From Felis catus (taxonomy: Eukaryota): a stretch of DNA of 64,000 nt. Made by a program: the position numbers and the translations under genes. Location: contig NC_058368.1 in the NCBI RefSeq assembly GCF_018350175.1, positions 65,288,001-65,352,000 on the forward strand. The letters are read 5' to 3'. Positions 52,694 through 64,000 of the stretch are shown here, piece by piece; position 1 is the stretch's first letter, and every line of letters begins with the position of its first letter. Below the pieces are notes generated by a model. The model was not told where the DNA came from. It did not search any database and saw nothing but the letters and a program-made list of their open reading frames with translations.

Positions 52694-52758
52694 TAAAAAT
52701 CATTTTATATCTGTATACCTGGAATATTTTTCTCTCCTCTTCTCTGTAAGTTCTTTTT

Positions 52759-52795
52759 AATTTTTTTTTACTGTTTATTTATTTTTGAGAGAGTG

Positions 52796-52832
<37 letters not shown>

Positions 52833-53002
52833 ATATGAGCAGGGGAGGGGCAGAGAGAGAGAGGGGGACACAGAATCCAAAGCAGGCTCCAGGCTCTGAG
52901 CTGTCAGCACAGAGCCTGATGTGGGGCTTGAACTCACAAGCTGTGAGATCATGACCTGAGCCAAAGTCAGAGGCTCAACTGACTGAGCCACCCAGGTACC
53001 CC
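52759..53002 (-). mobile_element. Can-SINE (SINEC_Fc2-like)
   Basis: (GA)n tract. TSD tct(g/c)taagttctttt. Confidence 0.95.
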
Positions 53003-53056
53003 TCTCTAAGTTCTTTTCAAATCCAGAATACTTTCAAGTTCTACAAAGAGTTCTCA

Positions 53057-53297
53057 GGGCACCTGGGTAGCTGGGTCGGTTGAGCATCCAACTCGATTTT
53101 GGCTCAGCTCATGATCCCAGGGTTGTGGGATAGAGCCTTGTATGAGGCTCTGTGCTGAGCATGGAGCCTACTTGGGATTCTCTCTGTCTCTCTCTCTTTC
53201 TCTCTCTCTGTCTCTCTCTTTCCCTCTCCCTTTCTCTCTCTCTCTCTGCCCCCTCCTCCGCTCATGTTCTTTCTCTAAAATAAAACTAAAATTAACA
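53057..53297 (+). mobile_element. Can-SINE (older subfamily)
   Basis: gggcacctgggtagctgggtcggttgagc head, long CT tract and A tail. Confidence 0.92.
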
Positions 53298-53604
53298 AAA
53301 GTTCTATTTAAAGTTCTCGCTGAAGACTTTCCAGAATCCCTTGTCTGGAACCCCTTCTGCCTTTACCAGCTCCATTTACTTTGTATCTTTCTTCATAGCA
53401 TTTTCACATCAGCATCCTTTTGAATATATTTGTGTTTGTTTCCCTCAAAAGGAAGTAAAATCCCAGCAGATATCCCCCCCAGGTCTTCTATAAATGTTGG
53501 GGTTTTAGAGAGTCAACACTAACACTGTCTTTCATTTGCTTCCATCGTTTGAGACCAAACGAGGACCAGTACAGAGAAAACAGATAGGTGGAGATTAAAG
53601 TGAC

Positions 53605-53695
53605 AAACGGAGATGAATTGCTAAATTCTACTCCTGAAACCAATATGACATTATATGTTAACTAACTAGAATTTAATAAAAATTAGAAAAAAAAA
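53605..53695 (+). mobile_element. Very short carnivore L1 3' tail
   Basis: gatgaattgctaaattctactcctgaaaccaatatgacattatatgttaactaactagaatttaataaaaa + polyA. Confidence 0.8.
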
Positions 53696-54367
53696 GGGGT
53701 TGGTAGTAAAAAAAAATCAGTAAAGCTAATTCTGCATCTGCATTCAGATCTTAGGTTGAAAGGGCTTTTGCTGCCAGTACACAACAGAATTGAAACAGAC
53801 TTGCACCCGTAGTTAATGGCACATCTGGACAACTGGAGGTCTCTGCCATTTTTCCTCTGGGCAAGAAGCAGAACAGAAAGCAAATTCACTCTGGAGAAAA
53901 GTGAAGGTTTGTACTGCAAGCCAGAGTCTTTCTCCGTCAGTTGTTAATCCGATGTAACTCCTTCCCTGGGTAGACATGCCTAAGGGGGCATGAGAGTCTT
54001 GGAGGGTTATCACAAGAGAAGTGGTCTCTGCACGAAGCTTCTGTGGTTGGGGAAGAAAGTTGTACTCAACTGTAGACCTTGACTCTTTCTGCATTATCTG
54101 TGTCTGTTTCATTCAAGTTTTACCGTACTTGAGCTCTCTAAAGTTGATTTAATGATCAAATCTATTTGTCTCCATCTCACCTGCTCTCCCTAAGACAGTG
54201 AAGGTATTGGCTCGAAAACTCGGCAAAATAACGTTCTCTTTCTGAAATAGCTAGGGCTTAAGGTAAAAGTATTCAGAAACCTTTAATATAAAAGTTACAA
54301 TCTAGATAATTATTAAAGCAATTGGTAAATTGGAGGCTTAATGTGCATCAAAGATAGCTTCAGCTTA

Positions 54368-54861
54368 CAGATGGGCCGGTCAGGGTAGCTTGACTAAAGG
54401 TTTTTTGACTTTACGATGCTATGAAAGTGATACTCATTCAGTAGAAGAAACCATATTTGGAATTTGGAATTTTGCTCTTTTCCTGGGCTGGTGATCTGCG
54501 GTAGATACCCTCTTGTGGTGCTGGGCAGTGGCAGCAAGCCACACGTCCCGGTAGCCCCGCCATCACGAGGGTAAACAACCGGTCCTGGCAGTCTGCACCC
54601 ATACGATGATTCTGGTTTTCACTTTCAGTACAGTAGTCCATACATTACACGAGAGAGTCAAAACTTCATTGTACTAGAGGCTTTGTGTTAGATGATTTTG
54701 CCCAACTCCAAGCTAATGTCTGTTCTCGCACATGTAAGTAGGCTCAGCTCAACGGACGTTCAGTAGCTGTAGGTGCATTAAATGCATTTCAGCCTAATGA
54801 CATATTCAGTTTATGATGGGTTAATTGGGATGTGACCTCATCGTAAGTTGAGGAATAAATG
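54368..54861 (-). mobile_element. Tigger5/MER47-like TcMar DNA transposon
   Basis: TA flanks at both ends. ggctttgtgttagatgattttgcccaac and ttatgatgggtt...catcgtaagttgagga are MER47-type. Confidence 0.82.
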
Positions 54862-55761
54862 TAAATTCTTACCCAGAGATCTGAAAATAAATGCCTGGAA
54901 ATATACCAACAGAAGTGAGCAATATATCCATGGTTAGAATTTTTGAAGAAGACAAAATATGTTTAAATATGTACTGTAGTCACTTTTTTCTTGAACTCCA
55001 ACAAAGCTGTGGGTCTTATTGTTAATATAGAAGTGAATTTTGCATAGAATATCATAAATTTTGGAAAGAAATATGAATGGAATATCCTTGCCATTTGAGT
55101 ATTCCGAGTGATCGTTTCTTGTTAAAATGGGAACAGTTTAATACTAGTCGACAAACAACTAATTTTCCTTAACAGATGGTAAAAATTTAGTGACTGTGCT
55201 TTTCAAAATAAAGAACCAGGTCGCACTGACTACCAGGGAAAACCAATAATTAACTGTCTTAGTTACTTGCTAAAGTAACTGTAGTCAGTTTAGTTTAAAG
55301 TTACTTTAGTTACTAAACATAACTAATAAACAATAAGACCTTTCCTCTTAGGTTTACATATTCTGAAATGAAGTGTATTCTGTGCCAGTGGGATTACTGT
55401 CATTTATTGAATATCAAGGCAAATGTTTTTTTACTGATGTTAATGAAAAAAAATAAGCCATAGTTTTTTTACTTGCTAATAACTCTTCAGATAATAATAA
55501 GGTAAATTGGATAATGTAAACTAGGCCACTTAGGGATATTTTATTTTTGAATTTAGAAATGCGACTAGTTTGATGATGTAATAATTATGGTTAAGCTGTA
55601 ATTTTAATGATTTAGCTTTGGAAGCCTTCAAGTTGTATTTAAATGATACATTTACCAAATGATAAGATGAAAAAACTGGGTGGGGATTTAATTATGATTT
55701 ATGAATTGGTATTACTTTTGAAATTGCCTTTAAAAAATATGAACAAAAGTCGCTTCATTTG

Positions 55762-56921
55762 CAAAAACAATCTAGTGGGATTACACATAATAAACAGCTT
55801 TTGCACAGCCAAGGAAACTATCAACAAAACAAAAAGACAACATTCTGAGTAGGAGAAGATATTTTCAAATGGTATATCAAAGAATGGGTTAATATCCAAA
55901 ATAATATAGGGGGGCCTGGGTGGCTCAGTCGGTTGAGCATCTGACTTCAGCTCAGGTCACGATCTCCCAGTCTGTGAGTTCGAGCCCCACGTTGGGCTCT
56001 GTGTTGACAGCTTGGAGCCTGGAGCCCGCTTCAGATTCCGTGTCTCCCTCTCTCTCTACCCCTCCCCTGTTCACTCTCTGTCTCTTTCTCTCTCTCAAAA
56101 ATAAATGAACATTAAAAAAAATTAAAAAAGAATTAAGACAGACCCAAATGTGTAAAGAACTTCTGTAACTCAACGTCAAAAAAACCCCAAGTAATCAGAT
56201 TAAGAAATGGGCAAAGAACCCGAATAGACATTTTTCTAAAGAAGACCTACAGATGGCCAATGGACACATGAAAAGATGCTCAGCGTCACTAATCATGAGG
56301 TAAATGCAAATCAGCACCACAGAGGTATCACCTTACACCTGTCCACATGGTTACAGTTAAAAAGACAAGAAATAATGGGATGAGAGAGAAAGGAACCCTG
56401 TACACCATTGGTAGGAGTGTAAATTGGTGTAGCCACTGTGGGAAACAGTATGGAGTTGCCTCAAAAAATTAAAAATAGGAATACCATATGATCCACTAAT
56501 TTCACTACTAGGTATTTACCCAAAGAAAATGAAAACACTAATATGAAAAGATATATGCATCCCTGTGTTTATCATAGCATTATTTACAAGAGCCAAGGTA
56601 TGGAAGCAACCTCAGTGTCCATCAGTAGATGAGTAGACAAAGGAGATGTGGTACACGGGCAGATACACGCAATGGAATATTGCATAGCTTCAAAAAAGGA
56701 TATGCTGCCATTTGTGACAGCATGGATGGACCTGGAGCATATTATGCCAGGTGAAATAAGTCACACTGAGAAAGAGAAATATATGACTTCACTCATATGT
56801 AGAATCTGAAGAAAAAAACCAAAAAAGTGAATAAACAAAGCAGAATCAGACCTTTAAGTACAGAGAATGAGCTAAGTGATGGTTGCCAGAGTGTAGGGGT
56901 TGGGGGGTGGGCAAAATTAAA
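55762..56921 (+). mobile_element. L1 fragment (ORF2 C-terminus + partial 3'UTR) with nested SINE
   Basis: agcttttgcacagccaaggaaactatcaacaaaac...aatagacatttttctaaagaagac. 17-bp TSD aaaagtc(g/a)cttcatttg at 55745-55761 and 56922-56938. Confidence 0.93.
55909..56131 (+). mobile_element. Can-SINE (SINEC_Fc2-like) inserted in L1
   Basis: Full head, CT tract and A tail interrupting L1 at aatatccaaaat. Confidence 0.95.
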
Positions 56922-59283
56922 AAAAGTCACTTCATTTGAGAAATAATTTGTAGAACAATGAGTTTGAATGCTTTTGAGCAGTGACATTTGTGAGGAAATT
57001 TGAGAATGAGGGGACTCATTGTGTATGTATATCTTAGAAAATGTTTGAATGATGTGATTAGAAAAGAGTCATAGGGTTTGTAAGTTTTTCAAAACACAGA
57101 TTGTTGAAATACAACAGTCCAGGTTGTGAAGATTCTTAAATAATTCATGTAAGGTATCAGAGTGGAGCTCCGACAATTTATTCTAGTCTTATTTGGATAT
57201 AATGTCTGCGAATGATTCAGTAAATAAGGTTATAAATATTCATCTATTTTATCGCCGGCACCAGCTGAGAATCTCTGAACAGACAGTGGACTGCAGAATC
57301 CAGATCTATGATGCCTGTGCGTACTCACTGACTTTTCCCACTTTATTTCCATGTTAGATATCGGTAGTTCAGAAACATTTGTGTTAACCAGCCACAGAAA
57401 CAGAATTGTGCTTCTTTGTGTCAGAATTGGAAAAGCTGTTGCCTGGTTATCCATAAAATGACAGGTGGTAGGTTTTATTCTTGTTAAAAACAACTTGGGA
57501 CAAAGGGAAGATAGGCAAAATGCTTCACCCCCTTCACAACAAAGCTGTGGCCTGAAATACAACTTGTAAAGCCAAGTGTGAATCAACTGTATTCTAAAAA
57601 GGCAGATTGTTTCCTGAGGGCTGGGGAAAACCTTTTAGTTCTCTCTGAAATTGAGGAACAGAATTTCCAAATTATTTTTCCAAAATTGTACTCTGAATCG
57701 TATCTAGGTAAACAGAATTGCACTTTAAAGAGAGATACTAAAAAAAAAAAAGTTGAACACATAATCCATGAGTAATTTTTCAGATGTAACAACGGACTTC
57801 TTGAATCCTTTGCTGCTGAGCTGAGAGAACTCATTTGTCTAAAAGTTGAAAAAGTATTTTACACGTCAAAACTTAAGTTTGTCACAGAAATCTTATGTAC
57901 TTTGGGGTTGTGGATTTCTGTACATAATAGTCCTTTTATGATCAACAACCAATTTCCTCTTTTTTCAAGGGGAACAGGTAAAGCTGTTTTCACACAGCCG
58001 TTGCTGCACAAGAAGTTCAAAACTTTGAAAGGTAGTTGTGAAAATTATTCATCTAGACATGCATTCATTCATTCGACCATTATCTACTAAACGCTGAAAT
58101 AAGTCAGTCCCTGAGGTGTTCATTTTGGTGAACAATGCCACATAAACAAATGAATAATGTGTCATTGTTTTGGGGAGCTTGGTAGATTCATTCTGGAAAT
58201 GATATGAATAATGTGTTGTTCCCTGTTAGTATCAATACAAAAATAGTACTTTTAGCATCAACATGTTGAATTCTATGCTGTAAAGAATGGATTACAAAAG
58301 AGGACCACTTTGCTTGCCGCACGGAGATTTTATGCTAAAATATTTACAGTACCTATATTCATTTATTCAACTGTATATATTGAGTGCTTACTATCTACCA
58401 GGCATTTTTCTAGGGGTCTGAAATGAATGTGATATGCAAACCCTCAGAAGGAAACTATTTTCATTTGAAAGAACTATAACAAATAGAACCCGACGTCAGA
58501 TATTTCAGCTTAGTTTATTGGCGGTTTTTTTTCCTTATGAGTGATCTGTGCTTTGTACCATAAATACAAGTTTTAATGCATAAAATGTCTGTAATAAACT
58601 TAGAAAATCTATCCACTGTTTTTGAAATTTTCTGGATAAACTTTACTAGAAATGAATGTTAGCAATGCAACTAATTCTAATTTTGATATAATAATACCTT
58701 TCAGAATACCTTAACTTATTAGTATTGTGTCACAAATTAGCACCTTACATAAGACTTTATAAAAGACTCAGAAAAATGTTGTATAGGGAATTAGTAAGGA
58801 TTTGGGGTTAGACACTGGGGAAATTGAATCACAAGATTACATATGCACAAACTTGGGTTGTCTATTCAAGCCTTCTGAAGTTAAGCACTTAATCAGGCAA
58901 AATATTGAGGCATATTACACGTCCTGCTTCCACACTGAAAGCCTCTTCTGATTATCGGCTAACCTGACTGCCAAGTCTGACATGTTGCAAACAGATGCCG
59001 TAATACGTTGAAACTCTTTTCATCTCATTGGGGGAAAGACTGTTTTAAAGTTCCTAATGGTTATTTTTCTAAAAATGGTTCATTTAAGACCTTAATTGGG
59101 TAACGTGAAATGGCTTCTTCTGTCATTGGGCCTAGTTCATGCACATTTGCAACATGTACAAAAGGATCCTTTTGTTTTAAACGTCACACGAGTTTATGAG
59201 GCATAGAAATGAGAGGAGCGTGTCATTCTTTAGAACACGGCCACAGACCTCAAACACCACACGTGTGGGAGCACAGGACTCAG

Positions 59284-59667
59284 TGTATCGGTGTGCGAGG
59301 ACGGCCATCCATAGCAGAATACCACAGACGGGGTGGTGGGAGCCACAGAAATGCATTTTATCACAGTTCTGGGGCCGGGAAGTCTAAGATGAAGGTGTGT
59401 GCAGTCTCGATTTCTTCTGAGGCCTCTCTCCCGGGCTGGCCACCGTCTCACTGTTGTCCACATGCACCCCTTGCTGTCTCTCTGCGTGTCCAGATTTCAT
59501 CTTACAAGGATGTAAGTCATATTTGATGAGGACACCCTCCAGGCCTTATTTTCACCTAATCACCTGTCTAATGGCCCTTTCTACAAATACAGTCCCTTCT
59601 GAGGTACTAGGGGTTAGGGCTCCAATATCTAAGTTTTGGGCTGGGTAATATAATTCGGCACATAAGA
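59284..59667 (-). mobile_element. MLT1A-like MaLR solo LTR
   Basis: aataccacagac...cacagttctggggccgggaagtctaagatgaagg...aaatacagtcccttctgaggtactaggggttaggg. Confidence 0.85.
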
Positions 59668-60016
59668 GTGAGAAAGATTTTTATGTACTTTGATTTATTT
59701 ATAATGATCAAGGTGGACACACTAATTACCTTTAGCCAAACAGGAGTCAAGGATGGTCCTGCAGCCCCAGCTGAAGGAAGGTGAGAAAGTCCTCAAGACT
59801 GTCACTGCACCCAGACCAAACGCTGTGCTTAAGCTTTGAGGTGGTGGGTTGTGAACAAGTCAAATAAAATAACTTAGGGTCTTTTTTTTATCTTTGTAGT
59901 AGACCTTTCGGTAAAAGTTCTGAGGTTAGGAGCATATAGCTTTGAAATGGCCGAAACTTTGGTCTTTTCATTAACAAGTTTATTGATCTTCTCACTTTGA
60001 GACCTTGAACTCAGCT

Positions 60017-60017
<1 letters not shown>

Positions 60018-60081
<64 letters not shown>

Positions 60082-60112
60082 ACGTGTGTGTGTGTGTGTG
60101 TGTCCGTGTGTG
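60018..60112. repeat. Compound (GA)n-(GT)n microsatellite
   Basis: Read directly. Confidence 0.97.
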
Positions 60113-60869
60113 GTATAGTGTGTATATGCATGCACACTGTTGCAGGGAGGTTGTGTAGGGGGTGGGGATGGTTATAGGATGAGATTCCCCTAGAATGGAT
60201 GCAAGAAATGCATGCTGGCCAGAAAAGCCTAGATGTCAAGGCTTCTCTGGAGAGGAGCACGTACAGAGTGGGAACGAGCAGCTCCTGGAACTCAGGGCTG
60301 GAGATGGCTCATGAAGCCACCAGGGGATGGCTTGCTGCCTGCTCTGGGCCTTCCACTTGGAGTACCTCAGATGTGCAACCAGAGGCCCCGTGAGAGCCTC
60401 ACTCCCTGGGTAAGGCTTCTGTCATAACGTAACAGCCCACTGTCTGGTCTAGAGCGTGTTGGACAGATGGTTCTTGTTTTTTTTTTTTTTTTTTTTCCAG
60501 CTTACCTGTTTCTCTGCTAGCCTCGTATGCAGCTTGCAAAGAAGCATTCCCATTTTATGTCCCTTTTATATTCTGCCTCGCACAAATACTGTCCTCCATT
60601 TCAACATTTTTTAAGGCAATAAAGATGATAATCAGTGCTTCCAAAATACTCATAAACCAGAAGTGGAGTCGTTACGTGGTTCTGTGACTGGAGAGAGGAG
60701 TAATCTAGGGAGGGGCGTTTTCCCTCAAAAATCTCTCCCCGTGACATCTTCCATCGCCCCATGCCCACTCCTAAGTACATAATTTTTTTTAAATGATTAA
60801 TTTAATCATGATACTTTGTACTCATCGCCTCATAATTTTACTGAGTGAAGGAATTCACAAATACAGCAA

Positions 60870-61090
60870 CCTAGTGAAAAGAAAGCCTGGGTTTTACTGC
60901 TGGTTTTGCAAGTAACAGCCTGGTGACTGTTAGCAGGTCGCTTCATCTCCCTCTTTCCCAGCATCTCATCTATAAAATGATGAAGATAATATCTGCCAAC
61001 CTAATTAAGAGTTGTAAGGATCAAGTGAAATAATGTCAAGGCAAGTGCTTTATAAACTGTCAGGCACTATACAAATAGAAATGATGAATG
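60870..61090 (+). mobile_element. MIR
   Basis: ctcatctataaaatgatgaagataat...gttgtaaggatcaagtgaaataatg...aagtgctttataaactgt. Confidence 0.7.
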
Positions 61091-61276
61091 CTGGTAGAGA
61101 AATGTGAGATTATATTGGAGGCATTAAAAGCTTATAATAAATGCGTTTGCTTCTCGAAAATCTTGTCTGTTCAGACTAAACCAAGGTGTCTTTATTGTAA
61201 CCCAGTTTCTCACAGTGCAGTCTGAGCTTGAACTTGAAATGTTCAGAAATTCCTAAAACTTTAAAAATGAGTTTTA

Positions 61277-61469
61277 TTTTTATTTTCTTTACAGTTTATT
61301 TATTTATCTTGGGGGGCAGCTAAGAGAGAGGGGGAGAGAGAATGCGAAGCAAGCTCCACGCTGTCAGCGCAGAGCCTGATGTGGGGTTTGAACTCATGAA
61401 CCGTGAAATCATAACCTGAGCAGAAACCGCATCGGAGGCTTAAATGATTGAGCCACCCGGGTGCCTCCC
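61277..61469 (-). mobile_element. Can-SINE
   Basis: Perfect 14-bp TSD aaaaatgagtttta at 61263-61276 and 61470-61483. Confidence 0.95.
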
Positions 61470-61997
61470 AAAAATGAGTTTTAGCTACACTGTGGAAACA
61501 CATATTGACAAAGACTACGGTTGAATATTTTTAAAAAACAATTTGTTGACTGCTTTTCACCTTTTTTAAAAAGAGCAATTGTTCAACTGTGTGTAATTTT
61601 TTTTTGGGTAAATAGCTTTCCAATGTACTATAAGCTTCTTAAGGGCAGGAATCACATCTCCTTTGTTTCCCCAGCGGCAGGCACAGTGCTTACACAACTC
61701 AGTAGAAGCTTGTGGAATAAATGACCAGGGAACATTTCTTTTATTTATATCAAGGGCTTTCATGTCTGTTTTCCTAACATAATATGAGCCCCTTGGTGCT
61801 GTGCCATTCACGTTTTAGTCACACTCTTGATTTTGAAAATAAGTTTATATTACGTCTCAATGATTTAAATATGTTTTCCTTCAATACTCTAGTTCCTGGG
61901 TAGAGCATATTGATATTATAATAATGCAGTTTCCAATAGACAGTGATGCAGTGATTCAGTTTCACTGTGTGAGCTGAATAAAGGAATATATTTAAAA

Positions 61998-62220
61998 AAT
62001 TTTTGCTTTATTTTTAATTGTCACAATCACATAACATTCCATTTCCATCTTAAATATTGTTAGGTGTACACTTTGTTAGATGTATTTACTTTGTTGTGCA
62101 ACAGATCTCTAGCCCTTTTTCATCTCGTAAAACTCAAATTCTATGTTCACGAAACACACGTTTCCCTTCCTTTCTACATTCTGTGTCTGTGGCTTTTGAC
62201 TGTTTTAGATAACTTACAGA
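61998..62220 (-). mobile_element. Old L1 (L1MA/MB-like) 3'-end fragment
   Basis: ttgttgtgcaacagatctctag...ttttcatctcgtaaaact, ttttgactgttttagat. Confidence 0.65.
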
Positions 62221-62630
62221 CAGACATTTTTAAAAGACCTATATTTACACATTAGTTTCTCATTTCTGCTTTTATTTAGGTCTATCAAAGTAAAATAGGA
62301 AATTGGGAACCTGGAATACTAGATGATGTTTTCGTTCTCATTGATATACAACAAAGCCAGGTCCAAATTTTCTTTAATAATATTAGCATCAGAGATTTTA
62401 TCCTGCTAAGGGCAAACAGTAAAATAATGAAAGAGTGAATAAAGACATTTTCTGTAATATGTAAAGCTGGAGGTGCTCTTCCAAATCACAAATGATTTAG
62501 GTAAGGAAGGAAGAAATAGGATTTATCTTTAAAAACTGCCTATTATTAAAGACTCATTTTGATTCGAAAGCTCTTTTCTGAGGTAATTGAGGCCATGTTT
62601 TCGCTTCGGCAGAGAAGGGTCTAGCTGGAT

Positions 62631-62815
62631 CAGGGGTTCTCAAACTTACATCACAGTCACCCGGAGGGCTTCTTTATACCTGTTGCTGGTCCAAACCCTC
62701 AGAGAAGCTGATTCATTAGGTTTGGGAGAAACCTGAGGATTTTCATTTTTAACAAATTCCAATGTGATGTTGATGCTCTGGGCCCTGGGGATCACACTTG
62801 GGGAAATTTTGGTCT
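62631..62815. mobile_element. MER5A
   Basis: caggggttctcaaactt...ctgattcattaggtttggg...ttttaacaaattcc...tgatgttgatgct. Confidence 0.8.
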
Positions 62816-63211
62816 GAAGCAGCAGTTTCCAACATACTCTTTCAAGGAGTAAAAGGTGATTTATCAAGACTTGTCCAGTGGGCTTGCAAATGCAGTACAA
62901 TAACCCCCTCAGGATTCATGGTGACCATTAGCATATGAAAGACTCATTGAGAGCCTGCCTTAAAATAGCCTCTTAGCCTCACTTCCAATATTTCCTAAGT
63001 TTACTTGATTGCAGAAACAGCTTTACTTACCTTTGGAGGGACACTCATGTTCTATTGTGCATAACTTGAGAAGTACTCTTTAAGATGAAGAATGAGGAAA
63101 GGGTAAGGTTTTCAATGTCATGATTGAAAGTGCAGGGTTATAAAATGCGTGGTGAGGCACGGGCAGTGGGTGGTTTGCTCTCTTCCTTATCTTTAAAATC
63201 AATATGATGTA

Positions 63212-63450
63212 CAGTAAAACCTTGGTTTTCGAGCATAATTCGTTCCAGAAACGTGCTTGCAGTCCAAAGCACTTGTATATCAAAGTGAATTTCAAGAACC
63301 ATTGGCTCGGTTGTGATCATGTGACATCCGGCGTCATGTACTATTTGCGTTTCAAGACATCGCTCATTTATCAAGTTAAAATTTGTTAGCTGTTTGCTCA
63401 TCTTGCAGAACACTCGCAGAATAAGTTACTCGCAGTCCAAGGTTTTACCG
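63212..63450. mobile_element. Carnivore Tigger MITE (Tigger1a/2a_Car-like)
   Basis: TIRs cagtaaaaccttgg...ccaaggttttaccg with TA target duplication at both ends. Confidence 0.88.
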
Positions 63451-64000
63451 TAGTCCGTTTCCTAATGTGGAGAGGAGAATGAAGGACTTAAAGTACTTCA
63501 AGTTTCTTCAAAGAGAGAAAGCAAAACAAATAAAAACTTGGCTAACTTTAATTCTAGTGTTTGTGTTTAAGTTGGTAACTGAAAAGTTCTGTCGTGGTGC
63601 CTTAAATGTACCGTTTGGTTTCTCAGTAAGCATCTGTGTAAATTTCACAATAATAAGCACACAAATTGGTTCAATGTACAAACGTTGTGGCAAATGCCTA
63701 GACTGAAGCAAGCGTTGAGGGGTGTAATGATAGCTGCTTGAGTCCAAAATGCACCAGGTGGCCGCCTGTGGAGGGTAGTTCCAAGTCTACCAGGGGTTCA
63801 CCTGAGTGCATGTTTTTGCCCTTGTGTCTGAGGTGAGATTTCTACCCATGGTTATCATCCCCCAGAGTCCCAAGTGGAAGGATCAGAGCAAAGCTTTCTC
63901 TCGAGGAAGTGTCAAGAAAGTGTCCCACCTCCTGTTTCTGATGCCAAGAACAGGCATACACCTATGTTAATTCCCTGAGTAAAACTTAGCTTTACAAACA

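Noticed and set aside
63750..63768. CTCF-like gcaccaggtggccgc
   Set aside because: Only a partial core match; too weak to call without a PWM scan or ChIP data.

Overview
This is mammalian genomic DNA from a felid. The many Can-SINEs include young Felis-type SINEC_Fc copies, and carnivore L1 and Tigger elements are present. The window holds the 5' end of glypican-6 (GPC6) on the + strand: about 21.5 kb of repeat-rich upstream DNA, a CpG-island promoter (~21.8-23.65 kb) and coding exon 1 (22310-22469, signal peptide plus N-terminus, phase-1 GT donor). The remaining ~41.5 kb is intron 1, and exon 2 is not in the window. Everything else I can recognise is interspersed repeat (SINEs, L1/L2/CR1 fragments, ERVL/MaLR LTRs, MER5/MER63/Tigger DNA transposons), microsatellite or small tandem duplication. 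I found no convincing novel multi-gene system. The most interesting details are small-scale: a TATA box downstream of a 4-codon uORF in the GPC6 leader, a young SINE that may carry a 3'-transduced tag, three closely spaced head-to-head SINE pairs in the intron, an L1 truncated at both ends yet flanked by a TSD, template-switch-like hairpin scars, and an orphan CpG patch with a cryptic-exon-like structure. Repeat subfamily names come from visual recognition, not a database search.
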